Shown: positions 13,340 to 25,500, numbered from the stretch's first letter. The stretch: DNA of 64,000 nucleotides from Blepharisma stoltei ATCC 30299 (GCA_965603825.1 CBFDEM010000021.1:682001-746000); one strand, 5' to 3'. The notes: generated by a model not told the origin, from the letters alone. A program made the numbers and translations.

Positions 13340-15376
13340 ATGAGTTTAGTTCAGTCTCAAGTTCTTGGTGAGAAAATGATCCAAAAAATATCAGCAGATG
13401 AAGAATCGTTAAAAAATAGTTCACCGATTCAGCATCAAAAAACTAGTTGCAGTACACAGGACGACATGCAGAACAATAATGAAGCTCAACCATTAGAAGA
13501 ATCAATGTGCATGTCTTATATCCTTCCAGACGAAGCTTTTCAAATTCGTAATTTGGACACTGGTGAATTAATTGATATCCGCGATGAAAATGAAGACTCG
13601 TATGCAAGCAACGCGGCTAAAGTATTGAACCTAGAAAGGAGTCAATCTGACATAGAAAGGTTCTATCAAGCTAGAAGAAGAATGAATGCCTCACTATGAG
13701 AAGCTGTGGAAAGAAATGATATAAATCATATTAAGCATCTATTGGATAAGAGAATTTATAGAGATGTTGTTGCACAAACGAATTCTAAGGGCCTGAATAA
13801 TTGAACAGCTCTTCACTTAGCAGCGGCAGATGGGTTTCAGGAAGCTTGCGAAACTCTTATAAGTAATGGAGAGGTAACAAACATTGACGCAAGAACAAGT
13901 ATCAATAGAACCCCGCTTCATTTAGCCTGCTTGCATGGCCATTTATCTGTGGTCAAACTTTTAGTGAGGAATTTAGCTGAAATAAACGCTATAGATGATG
14001 ACGGAAACACTCCTCTGCATTATGCTGTAATGAATGGGCATTCAAATATTGTTGACTGACTACTAAGGAAAAATCCTGATATCTCAATTGAAAATTACCA
14101 GCATAAGCCTGCACTTGAATGCGCCTTGAATTTTGATGTTTATAACTCAATTATCGATTATTGCCAAAAGTTGAATATACCGCTTAAAATTAAACCTTTT
14201 TCGAGAACTCCTTTTCATTCAGTTTTACTTCACAATTCAAGAGAAGATCTTGTTAACAAACTATTGACAAAATGTTCAGCTAAACCTAGTTCAAAAGATC
14301 TAAAAACATTTAATGAGAGGCCGAAAAAAATGACCAGTCTTCATTCTAAATCTCCTATAAGAAAATGCAAATCAATGAAGCCAATTATGTTCCCAGAAGA
14401 TAGACATATCACTTCAAAGCTTGGACCGAGAGATTTTAAAGGGCTTTACCAGCTTGGCAAAGGCAGCTTTGGAGAAGTTTTCTTGGTTGAAAATAATACG
14501 ACGATGGAAAAATATGCATTAAAAGTGCTTAGAAAAGAGAAAGTTTTGGAAAACAAACTGATAAAATATGCATGGACTGAAAGAAATATAATGCTCAATA
14601 TTTCCCATCCCTTTATAGTGAAGTTGCATGGCTCTTTCCAAACTCCAGAAAAGTTATGCTTTATGATGGAATATTGCCCAGGTGGAGATTTAGGGACTCA
14701 TATAGCAAGAGAGCGAAGGTTTCCATTGGATAAAGCGAAGTTCTACTTATGTGAGGTAATCCTGGCATTAGAAGAACTTCATAAAAATGAAATAATTTTT
14801 AGAGACTTGAAGCCTGAAAATGTAATTTTGGATAATGAAGGCCATGCAAAGCTGACGGACTTTGGGCTATCCAAGGAAGGAATGATTGAGGGCCAGCTTG
14901 CGAAGTCTTTTTGCGGGTCAGTAGCTTATCTAGCTCCAGAAATGCTTAGAAGAGTAGGTCACACTAAAGCTGTTGACTGGTATTTGGTGGGTGTTCTGCT
15001 GTATGAAATGCTGGTTGGGGTTCCCCCATATTATTCAAGCAACAGAGAACAACTGTTTAATAATATTCAAAGAGGAAAGCTCAAAATTCCTAGCACAATA
15101 AACTCTGAAACAAAAGACTTCTTAAAGGAACTTCTGCAAAGAGACCCAACCAGGAGGCTCGGGTATCATAACGACGCCAAAGAACTAAAAGAGCATGCAT
15201 TTTTACGAGATGTAGACTGGGCATCATTTATAAATAGATTAGTGACGCCACCGAAGGCGAGCCCGATTCGAAGAATGTTCAAATCCATCCCTCAGGAGCG
15301 AATTTTCGGATTACTTGAAGATGAAGAAATAGTTGAGAGAAGAATAGAAGGATGGTCGTTTATTTCGCCTAGATAA
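13340..15376 (+). CDS. Ankyrin-repeat AGC-family Ser/Thr kinase (~678 aa)
   Basis: Read through three TGA. Ankyrin motifs N(W)TALHLAA, TPLHLAC, GNTPLHYA; kinase motifs GKGSFG, RDLKPEN, DFG, FCGS..YLAPE. Confidence 0.92.
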
Positions 15377-15388
15377 TTATATTATAGA

Positions 15389-15853
15389 TTAATCTTCACA
15401 GCAAGTTCCACAGATTTTCACTGCTAATTTTTGCCCAAAAGGTATATAAGAGAGCCCATATCATATATAAGCACATACTTCTACAATTAAAAATATGAGT
15501 GTCAAAGCAGCGTTTTTGAAAACCAATGCGCAGATGAGTGTCATGACAAGTGCTCCTAAATAGATCGTTGTCGTAATCCACCTTTTCTTATCGAACATGG
15601 ATTTAATTTGTCTTTTGAATCCGACTAGAAAGCCTGAACCGGCTATAGATACAACATTTGCGAGTGAAAAGCAAATGGCGAATGAATAAGGCTTTCCTGC
15701 AATCACTTTAAAAAGAGTCATCCATGCAAGGATTCCGAGAAGGAACCCCACTGCTGCGCAAATACCAAATCCTATTATTCTTTGCTGGAGAGTAAGAGAA
15801 GGGCATAGCTGGTCATCTTCCTCTTGTTTACGCAATCCAAAGTAGCTGGCCAT
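15389..15853 (-). CDS. SFT2: SFT2/Got1-family vesicle transport protein
   Basis: LTLQQRIIGFGIC, GFKRQIKSMF..KR, (TGA)YGLSYIPFG matching the family WYxLSYIP motif; TAA at 15389-15391. Confidence 0.88.
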
Positions 15854-16089
15854 ATTAATAACTCAAAAATATAAATATTAGTAGGAGAAACTATAATAAA
15901 GCAAAAATAATTAAATCTGCAATAATTCAATCAAAAGCGCATTTAAAATATTGAGAGCCTTCAATAAAAATATTTAAATAAAATTTTAAACGAGATTAAG
16001 TTTTTAAGAACACATTGCTAAAGATAAGGTATTGAAAATGCATCTTTATTACTAGTTCTTTGCTTATTTAATTCTAATAATTTGTTAAG

Positions 16090-16854
16090 TTAAACTTCGA
16101 CTTCCATTTCCTGGTTCAACGACTCAAGGACTCTTTCAATCTCTTTCTCGTCCACAAACTCAAACTGCTGACCTTGGCCCACAATTGCAACACTCACGCT
16201 CTTTCCATTCAACTCTACATCCCCTTGTGTAGAAACTTTAACAGCTTTTATTGCATGCTTTACAAGTTCATCTCTAGTGGCTGCATAAAAATTACCTCCA
16301 GGGAAAGTTTCGAAATTCTTTTCCAAGTAAGTTTTGGCTGACTGGTTCCTTGATCCAATTGCATATGCATAATATTCATAAAAGTTTGCATCAGGGTTGG
16401 TTTCATAAATATGAGGACCATGCTCCTAAATATTCTTTACGTCAAATCCAGCAACCAAACAGCCAGCGCCATAAGGCCTTTTACTTGATCTTTGGGTCTT
16501 GATTTGAGCTTTTTCAGAGAGCCTATTGATAAGTCTTCCAGGATTGCAATTGGTACCATAAGTGTACTTATAGTTTAGAGCTTCAGTTCTCAAGAATTTG
16601 CAGATGAGTCTTCCGTCAGCTGTAAGCCCAGAAAAGCAGAGACCAATATGATCGTCTATCATGTAGATTTTTTGCTGGTATTCTGCTAATTTTGATGGAG
16701 CTCTGTTTAAGGTGGCGAGGATTGCGTAAGTTTCCGATTTTAAGCCTACGCAGAGAGAGCCTTGCTTGATGGCTTCCATCGCATATTCGACCTGATACAA
16801 ACGCCCTTGAGGACTCCAGGTTATACAATCGGTATCATATGGGCTTTTCAACAT
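16090..16854 (-). CDS. PSMA1: 20S proteasome subunit alpha type-1 (alpha6); intron 16426-16440
   Basis: YDTDCITWSPQGRLYQVEYAMEA, RPYGAG.LVAG, AIGSRNQSAKTYLEK. Confidence 0.93.
16426..16440 (-). other. 15-nt intron (gtaaagaatatttag)
   Basis: Removal restores GFD|EHGPHIYET; A at -6. Confidence 0.9.
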
Positions 16855-17205
16855 CTTTATTAAATGCTAATAGAAGAAAAGCATTTCAAAGCTTGTTAAA
16901 CAAATAATAAATTAAATATGGGTATTTAGCCATGCTTGATAAGTGCTATTTCTCTTTTGGTCAATTTTGATTTTAAGTTTTGCCAGGACTTTGACAAAGC
17001 TCACCTCTTGCATAATTTTAATAGTTCTAAAAACTCACACAACTTGTATCAGCTCCTTCTATAAAGCCAAAGCTACTTTTGGTGAGTATTGAAGTTATTC
17101 GTGCTCTTAAATGGCTTTTTTTATTTTTCTTGCATAGATGTCTAGTTTTATTCATTATTAATTCAATTATCACCCGTAATATTGCAGGTCTGTTTTTCTG
17201 CATAA

Positions 17206-19149
17206 ATGTCTTATCAAGATGAAGTTCTTTTACAAAATTCCACCAATGAAGAATCCCTATCTACATATTTCAACAGTGATCTTGCTACTACAAAGTTAGG
17301 ACATAAGTTAGTATCCCAGCGCGGCAGTTCAACTTTAAACTTGAGCGATGCATTCATAGGAGATGAAGGATGCAAAATGCTTGCCCAATATTTAAAAGAA
17401 AACCCAAATATTCAAATTCTAGACCTAAGAGGAAACAACATATCCCAAGAAGGCTTAAAAGAGATACTTTATGCATTAAGAGCACCAAATAATATTTCTC
17501 AAATTTCTCTAGAATGAAATAATATTGGAAACGATCTCATGCTATTAAGTGAAACGTTGATGTACAATAGTACTCTTAAAAGCTTGGATTTGAGAAACAA
17601 TAGAATTGGACCAGAAGGGACAGGATTTTTAGCGAAATTAATAGAAAATAATAAAAGTCTAGTAAAATTAGACTTAAGATGAAATGAGCTAAGTGCGACC
17701 GGAGGTAGGATTTTAGCAGAAGCACTGAAAAAGCCGCATACAATAAGCACAGTTGAGATCTCTGGCAATAAAATACCAGACGAGGTATGCCAAGAAATAG
17801 AGCAGTTTTTAAAAGGAATTTTTTCAGAACCCCGAACGAGCTCTCCAGGCAAGCTTAATAGAACATTTAAAAGTGAAATTGATTATGATGAAGAAGCCAA
17901 AACTAGGATAGAGATTCAAGCAATATCTTCTGCCAGAACGGAATCACGAATTAAAGAGCTTGAAATGCTTTTAGACCAAGAAAGCAGAAGAACGTATGAA
18001 ATCCAAAGCGAATTAATGAATGAGCTTGAACAAGAAAAACAAAAACGAAATTATGCAGAAGAAGAGTTTATAAATCACAAAGAAGAATGCTTACAGAAAG
18101 AAATGGAAACTAATAAAACAATTCAAGAATTAGAAACCAAAAATAATGAATTGATGAAAGAAAAAAAAAGTTTGGAAAATAAATTAGAATCCACACAGGA
18201 TCAGTATCAGAAATATTTTACAATTGCACAAGAAAAAATACAAAACTTGGATGCAAGGTTGATTCAGCAACAGAAATTGAATAAACAGCTAGAAGAAAGT
18301 AGCAGAACTTCTCTTGAAAAAGCAAAACAGGAATATGAAGAAATCATTGAAGAAGTTAAGAAAGAAGCCCAAACAAAGATTAAAGCAGCAGATGACAGCC
18401 TGTCATATTTAAAAAAAGCTAAAGAAGAAATGGAATCGGAAACCAAAAGCTTAAGAACCCAAATATCGCACATGAAAATTTCTTACCATGATTCTATGGT
18501 TAAGCTTGAAAATAAAGTTAGGGACGAAGAAACATCCAAATTCAATGCCACGCTTAAAGGGCTTGAATCTAGGATGAAATCTCTAGAAGAGGCAAGAGAT
18601 GTATTAACTGAAAAAAATAAAGATTTGCAAAGAGAAGTAGTAACTAATGAGAAAAAAAGATTGGAACAAATTTTATCATTAGAAAAAGCAGTCAATCAGC
18701 TTAGAGAAGAAAAAGGAGAATTCCAAAGAGCAGCTCAAAAATTGCAAATGGCAAATGAAAATTTAAAGAATGAGCTGATAGAGATCAAAGGCAGCATAGA
18801 AAAATTGTATAATGAGAAGGATGAGCTTATTAAAAGTCTTAATGAAAGAAAAGATGCACATATGAGGCAGATTGAAAAAGTATTGAATAAATAGATATGC
18901 AAAGAGCACGCTGAACAATTGAATAATATGGAAAAATCGAAAGAAATCGTTGAAGAAAAACTAGCTAATTCTATCAAGAAATTTAATAATGTTTTAAAAG
19001 ATAGAGAAAAAGTAATGAAAGAGCATGTAATTTAGATGTAGGAACATTTATCAGAAATTCTAAAGCAAAAAAGTCAGTCTATTATACAAGAAACTATTCA
19101 AAGCCATTTGAGAAGTTTAGAATCAGAGTTTAAGCTCGAAAATATTTAA
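17206..19149 (+). CDS. RNI-type LRR plus long coiled-coil protein (LRRC45-like architecture); introns 18880-18894 and 19027-19041
   Basis: LRRs LDLRGNNI, ISLE(W)NNIG, LDLRNNRIG, LDLR(W)NEL; coiled coil; TAA at 19147-19149. Confidence 0.82.
18880..18894 (+). other. 15-nt intron (gtattgaataaatag)
   Basis: GT..AG, A at -6, in-frame TAG; reading frame continues after it. Confidence 0.8.
19027..19041 (+). other. 15-nt intron (gtaatttagatgtag)
   Basis: GT..AG, A at -6, two in-frame TAG; frame continues 35 codons to TAA. Confidence 0.8.
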
Positions 19150-19204
19150 TAAATAATTAAATCAAATAAAGAGAAATATGAATAAGAATGGCCAAATTTA
19201 ATAA

Positions 19205-19549
19205 ATGTTTTTAGCTAAAAGGATAGCAAGACTTACTCTCAAGCGTATGTATCAAGCTGACTATGTTGTGATGCCACGCTACGAAGGACATTGGAAAGAT
19301 CCTGAAGAAGTGACTAAAAGACTCATAAATATCGTCAGAGCTCATGATAGAATCACTGATCCATCAACTGTGACGCCTGATGTCCCATTTTCTCAATTGG
19401 GTTTAGATGATTTGGATCTTGTGGAAATATTCCTTGAAGTTGAAAAGGATTTCTTTATGGAATTTGGAGATGAGCAGGTAGAACGCTTCAAATCTATCAA
19501 TGATGCTGTCGAAGTTATATCCAATTACAGGTATGTGGATTCTTATTAA
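19205..19549 (+). CDS. Mitochondrial-type acyl carrier protein (NDUFAB1-like), divergent: GLDDLD instead of GLDSLD
   Basis: Basic N-terminal presequence; FSQLGLDDLDLVEI..EVEKDF..EF.DE..E.FKSI.DAV matches the ACP pattern. Confidence 0.85.
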   Translation: MFLAKRIARLTLKRMYQADYVVMPRYEGHWKDPEEVTKRLINIVRAHDRITDPSTVTPDVPFSQLGLDDLDLVEIFLEVEKDFFMEFGDEQVERFKSINDAVEVISNYRYVDSY

Positions 19550-19767
19550 GCTAAGATAGTTAATCATAAGTCGTTTGGGCTTGAAATGAGAATATTAGTA
19601 AATTATTATGTTTATGCAAAATGAGCGTATTTTTGGAAACTCTTTTAATACTTCATGAGTCATAAGCTATTCATAGCATTCCAAGCCTGAAAAATTAAAT
19701 ATAGGATTGCAAAGTAAGTAATACTCTTTACGAATAATTCTATTTAAATTCTTATATTATCTTATTT

Positions 19768-20241
19768 TTATGCTTTTGTAAAATTTCCAACTATTGGTCT
19801 TTCAACTTCCAAATAATCTTCTAAGCTCATGGATACGGATTTAGTTCTCAATCCTGCATTGAAATTGATCGTTGTTCCTTGCAATTGCAATGAATTGTCC
19901 ATATAAGTCTGAATTCCCCAAAGGCTCCCAAAAGGAGGTACAGCTCCAGGAATGCACCTTGTGCGGCTATTGACTTCTTCTTCAGTTGCAAATCTTATTT
20001 CTCTTACTCCTACTATTTTCTTCATTAATTTCCAGTCGAGCTTCCTTGAAGCTGACATAACAGCTAAAACCATTATTCCTGAAGTACAGAGAAGCATAGC
20101 TTTAGCGCCGCTTTCTAAACTTGTTCCTCTAATAGCTGCTGCTTCTTCACTGGTTCTTACAGGCTCATGTTCGGTTACAATTATATTCTTGCCTGCCAAT
20201 TTTTGGATAAGTGAATTAAAAGTGGAGTTTTCTTCTTGCAT
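19768..20241 (-). CDS. YbaK/ProXp-family trans-editing aminoacyl-tRNA deacylase
   Basis: HEPVRTSEEAAAIRG...GAKAM, RFAT.EEV, PGAVPPFG, FNAG.RT.S. Confidence 0.88.
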   Translation of the reverse strand: MQEENSTFNSLIQKLAGKNIIVTEHEPVRTSEEAAAIRGTSLESGAKAMLLCTSGIMVLAVMSASRKLDWKLMKKIVGVREIRFATEEEVNSRTRCIPGAVPPFGSLWGIQTYMDNSLQLQGTTINFNAGLRTKSVSMSLEDYLEVERPIVGNFTKA

Positions 20242-20675
20242 ATTAATTATTTATTCATAAAAAGATAAGGATAGTTTATTGGTAAAAATTTGAATAATTC
20301 AGTTCTAAATGATGAAGTTTAATATCATGATTGTATCAAAAAAATTCTAAAAATATTAAGTTTGGTGGCTTTAATCGATTTATCATGCTCAGATTAGCAT
20401 ATTGAAATATACTAATTATGGATAAAAATATTATATTATAATTTGGAGAATTACTAAAATTCACTTAGATCGTAGCTGCAAATATGAGACTAAATTATTT
20501 CTTCCATTTTGAACACCCAGAAAACTTGGGTTTGATAATTTCAATAATAAAAATCTTCTATTATTGCAGACAATACTTATTGGCCAAGTTATCTTTTATT
20601 AAAGATCACCAAAATTCACTTCACTTTTTCGGCATTGTGCTTATATACTTAGACTAAAATGAAAAGTATAAAAAA

Positions 20676-20747
20676 TGACTGTGAGGGGACTTGAACCCCC
20701 AGCCTTCTGATCCGAAGTCAGATGCGCTACCGTTGCGCCACACAGCC
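20676..20747 (-). tRNA. tRNA with anticodon UCG (nominally tRNA-Arg), 72 nt
   Basis: Full cloverleaf: GGCTGTG-TG-GCGC-AACGGTA-GCGC-A-TCTGA-CTTCGGA-TCAGA-AGGCT-GGGGG-TTCAAGT-CCCCT-CACAGTC-A, immediately followed by a T-run (Pol III terminator). Confidence 0.95.
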
Positions 20748-20885
20748 GGTATTATATCTAAATCAGTTTCGTATAAATAGTAAATAATAAAAAATTTCCA
20801 ATTACATATGACAAGGCAATTTCTTGTTTTATCAAAAATGAATCTCAAATTTATAATAAGAAAAAATACATATAATAAATTAGAA

Positions 20886-21632
20886 ATGGACCCTAAACAA
20901 ATAGATGGAGAAGACCTGAAGCAACGGCTTTCCGAAATCCTGGAATACCAATCTCTTAAACCGCCCGCATCTGATCCAGTTATAAACTCTACTCTCAATT
21001 CACAGCTTGAAAACCACATGGATGCACACCTCAACAATTTAATGAGAAAAAATAGTGAAGAGATTAAAGAATCCCCTCCATCCCCAGGAAACCAGAAGAA
21101 AAGAGGCAGAAAACCTCTCCGTCCCAATGACCCAATCAAAAAGAAAACCGAAGAAAAAGACAAATACTGGCTTAGAGTTTTCAGAGCCCATATGAAATCC
21201 CAGTATTCGAAAATTAAACCGAGGCTTACGAAGGAAGATCAGCTGTTTTGGCTTGAATATTTAGGCTCGGAAGGAAAGCCAGGCAAAGGCAACAAATTTT
21301 TATCATATGGCAAAAGATATAAAAACTTTTTATTTTCTCATCCAACTTTTGTTGCATATTTTAGGGATTGATTTACCAATCATGGACAAGATGATTTATC
21401 AAAGAAAACACAACAAGGATCTGATTTATGATATGTTTACTATGATTATGCAAGCAAAGACTTGTTTAATTATATTCCTCATGGATCTTCATCTATTGAC
21501 GGTCAAGACTCTCCTTTGAGCTGCACTTCTCCGCCTGAGCCTCAAGAAGAAGTTTTGCCAGACCCAGTTGACTTCTGCATGATAGATCCTAATGACGAGA
21601 CTTACTTTGAGTCTTTTATCAATCAGATGTAG
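20886..21632 (+). CDS. Hypothetical nuclear protein with AT-hook/NLS-like KKRGRKP and acidic C-terminus
   Basis: Open through two TGA to TAG at 21630-21632; start could be 20808, 20838 or 20886. Confidence 0.7.
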
Positions 21633-21709
21633 AGATGTATAAATTGGCTATGCTAACTATAATTGATAGAAGATTTATAAAAAAATGATTTTTCTGATAA
21701 TCAATAAAT

Positions 21710-22231
21710 ATGGTAGGCTGGTCTTTGAGCACGATTTTAACAGGAAAATTCATGAAAATATGGAGAATGGAAGGATTCATAAGGACTTTGGAAAGAGGAA
21801 GAGCAGTAAGATTTAAGAGCATCGAAGATGTGGCTGGTGCAAGAGATGTTGCAAAGTGTGTGGGGCAGGATCCTTATGGAAATAGATATTATCAAGACTT
21901 CAATGCAGACGATTTTAATGAATCTCATAATGGAGAACGCTGGGTGGAGTTTGTTGATAGGCATGATATGTGACAAAAAGGAGATAGGATTCCACCTGAA
22001 TGGCATGCATGACTTCATAAAATGGTAGATGAGCCACCTACAGCAGAGAGCACTCATTTTTATACACCATTTTTTAAAAAAAAGCACAGGACTTGTCCTT
22101 CAGGAACTCCAGCAGAAGTTGTTCCTCATGGACACTGGAATAATCCACATGCTAAACAATTTCAAAAGCATGTTAAAAGCGTTTTGTGCACAACTTGGGA
22201 GCCAGAACACAGAGAAAAAAGATATGATTAA
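21710..22231 (+). CDS. NDUFA12: Complex I subunit NDUFA12
   Basis: VGQDPYGNRYY, RWVEF, IPPEWHA(TGA)LH..DEPP. Confidence 0.9.
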
Positions 22232-22499
22232 GCCATTTAATGTAAAATAATTAAATGAATAGAATAAGAGTTTTCAAGTTGAATGTCTATTATTTCAGAG
22301 ATGTTTAAGAATTTATTTATATCGCATATTTTGCTCAATCCATTTCTCTAGGGAGCAATCTAACCCTCGTTGAATTTGGAAGAGTTGCAAATACTCTTAC
22401 TTTAGCTGGAATTGGCGACTATGCTTTTAGCAAAGGGTATATACTTATCTATTTTCATTATATATAGCTATCTTATTCAAAGGTTAAACTTTGCTATAC

Positions 22500-23543
22500 T
22501 TAAAGTCTTGGAAGGTTTAAACTATTTTCTTTGTAATCTTGAAAGCATTCCTGCATCTTTGAATTTCCAATTTCGCACAAAGTTTCTGGGTTTCATTTGA
22601 TTTTTTCTTGTGACTTTTTAATCATCTTTGCTGTAATTGCTCCTCTGAAATCCTCTCTACTAATAACTTTCATTGCCAAATTAAATTCCATGATTAAGCA
22701 ATCCCTAAAGCAAATAGACTTCCCCATTTGGAAAGCTTCAAATGAGATTCTTAATGCTAATGGGCAGTTTTCTCTAAGCTTTTTAAGTGTTTTTAGACTT
22801 CAAGCTGTGTTTAAAAGGCTTAGCTTTGATATAATTAGCTCAATCCTGCCATTCGTATCAAAGCAGTATTTCAATTGGTTCATAACAGGAAGAATTTTTG
22901 ATAAAGTTTCTGGAGGGTTTACGTGAAATTTATCCAAGGTTTTAATTAAATTTCCATTGCACATCTCAGCCCTAACCAGTTCAATATTAGCTTCAATAAA
23001 GTAATTGGCAAAGCCAAATAAATAGCAATCAACCCCATTGAGAATTTCTCCTGTTAGTGATAAATACAATCCTAACTCGGGAGGGTTTGTATTAGCAAAG
23101 TAATGAGAAGCCCCTACAATAGGTATTAACCCAATAGGGCATTCAGGCATTGCCCAACGTGTATTTGGAGTAGCCACTTTTATAGAGCAGCTTCAAGCAA
23201 TTCCAGCTCCACCTCCAAAAGTGATTCCGTCCATTATTGCAACTCTAATCGTTTTCATTTGCTTTAGGAAATAAATTAGATTAAATTGAGTAGTAAATAC
23301 TTCTTCTGGGCTATCGGTTTGATTTGCTAAAGCAATAATATCTCCTCCTGAACTAAAAGCTCTTCCTTCCCCTGAAAATACCATATGCTTTTTCTCATTA
23401 GAAGCTTGATGAGCTAAATCAAATATAAAGCGATACATTTCAAGCGATATAGAATTCAATGATGATGGACGATTAAGTGTAATAAAGTATGCATCGTTTC
23501 TTTCAAATCAGGATACCGAAGAGAATGCTTTTTCTCTTTTCAT
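22500..23543 (-). CDS. 3-hydroxyisobutyryl-CoA hydrolase-like crotonase-family protein (~347 aa)
   Basis: ITLNRPSSLNS, GEGRAFSSGGDI, MDGITFGGGAGI, AMPECPIGLIPIVG, GLYLSLTG, CPLAL; TAA at 22500-22502. Confidence 0.85.
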
Positions 23544-23706
23544 TTATACGTAGTTATGTTGTCTAAAATTGCATTAAAAAATAGGTTCATTGTAAAGATT
23601 TTAATCATGCTAGTAATTGCTGATATATTTTTAGCTAAAGTACTTATAAATTTATAGATGGTATCTTCTTTTAGTTTTAAAACTAAAACTACTGTTTTAT
23701 TTAAAT

Positions 23707-25500
23707 ATGAGTTTTTCAGAGAGTCTTCATGATAAGTTTGATATAGTTCATAAGCATGCTTTAGAAGGTCGAAAAGGTGGAGAAGAATTTATTCAGCTGC
23801 TAAGAGAAAGAGTGCTTTTAGAGGAAGCTTATTCAAAAGGATTAGACAGACTTGGCACTCACCCATTTCGAGTCGCTACAAAAGGAACATTATCCCATGC
23901 CATAGAAGCCATGAAAGGAGACTGCTTAAATCGAGCTTCACAGTCAAAATCATATATTGATAATGTCACCAGTGACCTTATTGACCCTTTGAAGGACTTA
24001 TTAAACACTCAAAGATTATCAATTAAAAAAATGAGCACAGAAGGAAAAAGACTTGAAAAGGAAAAGCTCCTAATGCAAGATAAAATCGAAAAATCACATA
24101 GCAAATACATTAAAGCTTGCGCCGAATGTGAGCAGCTGACAGTTCAATTAGACCAGCCTTCTTCTATCACAAGAAGTGGGAAATTAATACAGAAATTATA
24201 CACAGCTAAGCAAGAACTTGATTCTAGCTTAATTCAGCACGTGGAATCAATAGATTCTTTCAATGAATTTTATCCAAAATACTGTGATACAATGGCAATG
24301 GTACTAGAAGTTTATCAAAATCAAGAAGAACAAAGACTTGAGTCAATGAAAGATGCTTTAAGAAAATTAGTTGTATATGAGGCTTCGTATATAAGAAACA
24401 TCCAATATGATATAGACTCACTTGCTAAAGCTATGGAAAGTATCAATCCAATAGTTGACTTAAAAGAATTTATTGATGACAATGTGTCAGAGAACCCAAA
24501 AGCTTTTAAATATGTTTTTCAGCCATATGAAAGCAACCATCCTTCATTTAAAGGAGGTGACAGTAGGATGTTTTCTATCAAAAACCCATTCATAGAGCTT
24601 TCAGCTGAAACTAAAGAACTTTATAAGCAAGAAATTGAAGAAATTATTTCTAAATCATGAGCAGGGGATGCTAATAAAAGTGATCTGCAAAGATTTGGAG
24701 ATATAATTAAATATCCAGTATGCAGAGAGACATTTTGCAATAGCATAAGTCAAAGGAAAACTCCAAACACAACTTCTTTATCTGAGCCTGGATTTATTCA
24801 AATGGGTGAATTAATGCTACTGACACTTAATGAGTGTAAAAATTATGACGATATCAAAAGTGTTAGGAGCATTATTTATCTTTCGCAATCATTTCATAAA
24901 GATACAGAAGGCCCAGCTTACCAATGAGAATACTTGCAGACCTTAATTAAATCACATTCAGTGTGATCAAGTATGGAATTTTGGGAAAGAATCATTCAGA
25001 GTTCAATTGATGAGGATATTAAAAATTATGAAGATTATGGGATTGTTGATGGAGGAGAAAACGAAGAAGAAACTGGCGAGAGACTGAAAAATATCGTTTT
25101 TTGCCAATTGGGAGCGTTTGGACATATAATGGTTGGGTTTGAAGTAGATACAATGTATGCAGCTGAGCTTGTGTCAAAATATGCTTGCAGGTATCAATTA
25201 CCAAGTAGAGATATAGATACATTAATGGCAACTATCGATAAAGATTATAAACGCCAGGATGATGCATTTGAAGAGCCAGCTCATGAAGTGCTGCGAGGTG
25301 TTCCAGATTGATTACAAGAACTTGAAATGCCAGTCTCGATGAAAAGGACAAATAATTTGATACTAAGTGAAGGTTCAAAGAAACCAACTGTAGAAACTCA
25401 ATTAACAGAACAAGTTTCGCAGGACAATAAAGAAATCGAAGTAATAGGCAAATCAAGTGCAGAAAATGAAATAGTAGAGAAGATTGAAGAAAAGGAATAA
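23707..25500 (+). CDS. F-BAR (FCH) protein with C-terminal SBF2-like domain (~597 aa)
   Basis: FSESLHDKFD..LRERVLLEEAYSKGL (FCH); YLQ..IKSHSV(W)SSMEFWE..VFCQL; TAA at 25498-25500. Confidence 0.8.

Noticed and set aside
16915-17155. Short minus-strand reading frames between PSMA1 and the LRR gene
   Set aside because: Under 45 codons, with no consensus intron or recognisable motif.
20654-21163. 169-aa minus-strand ORF spanning the tRNA
   Set aside because: Antisense to a real gene and runs through the tRNA; no protein motifs.
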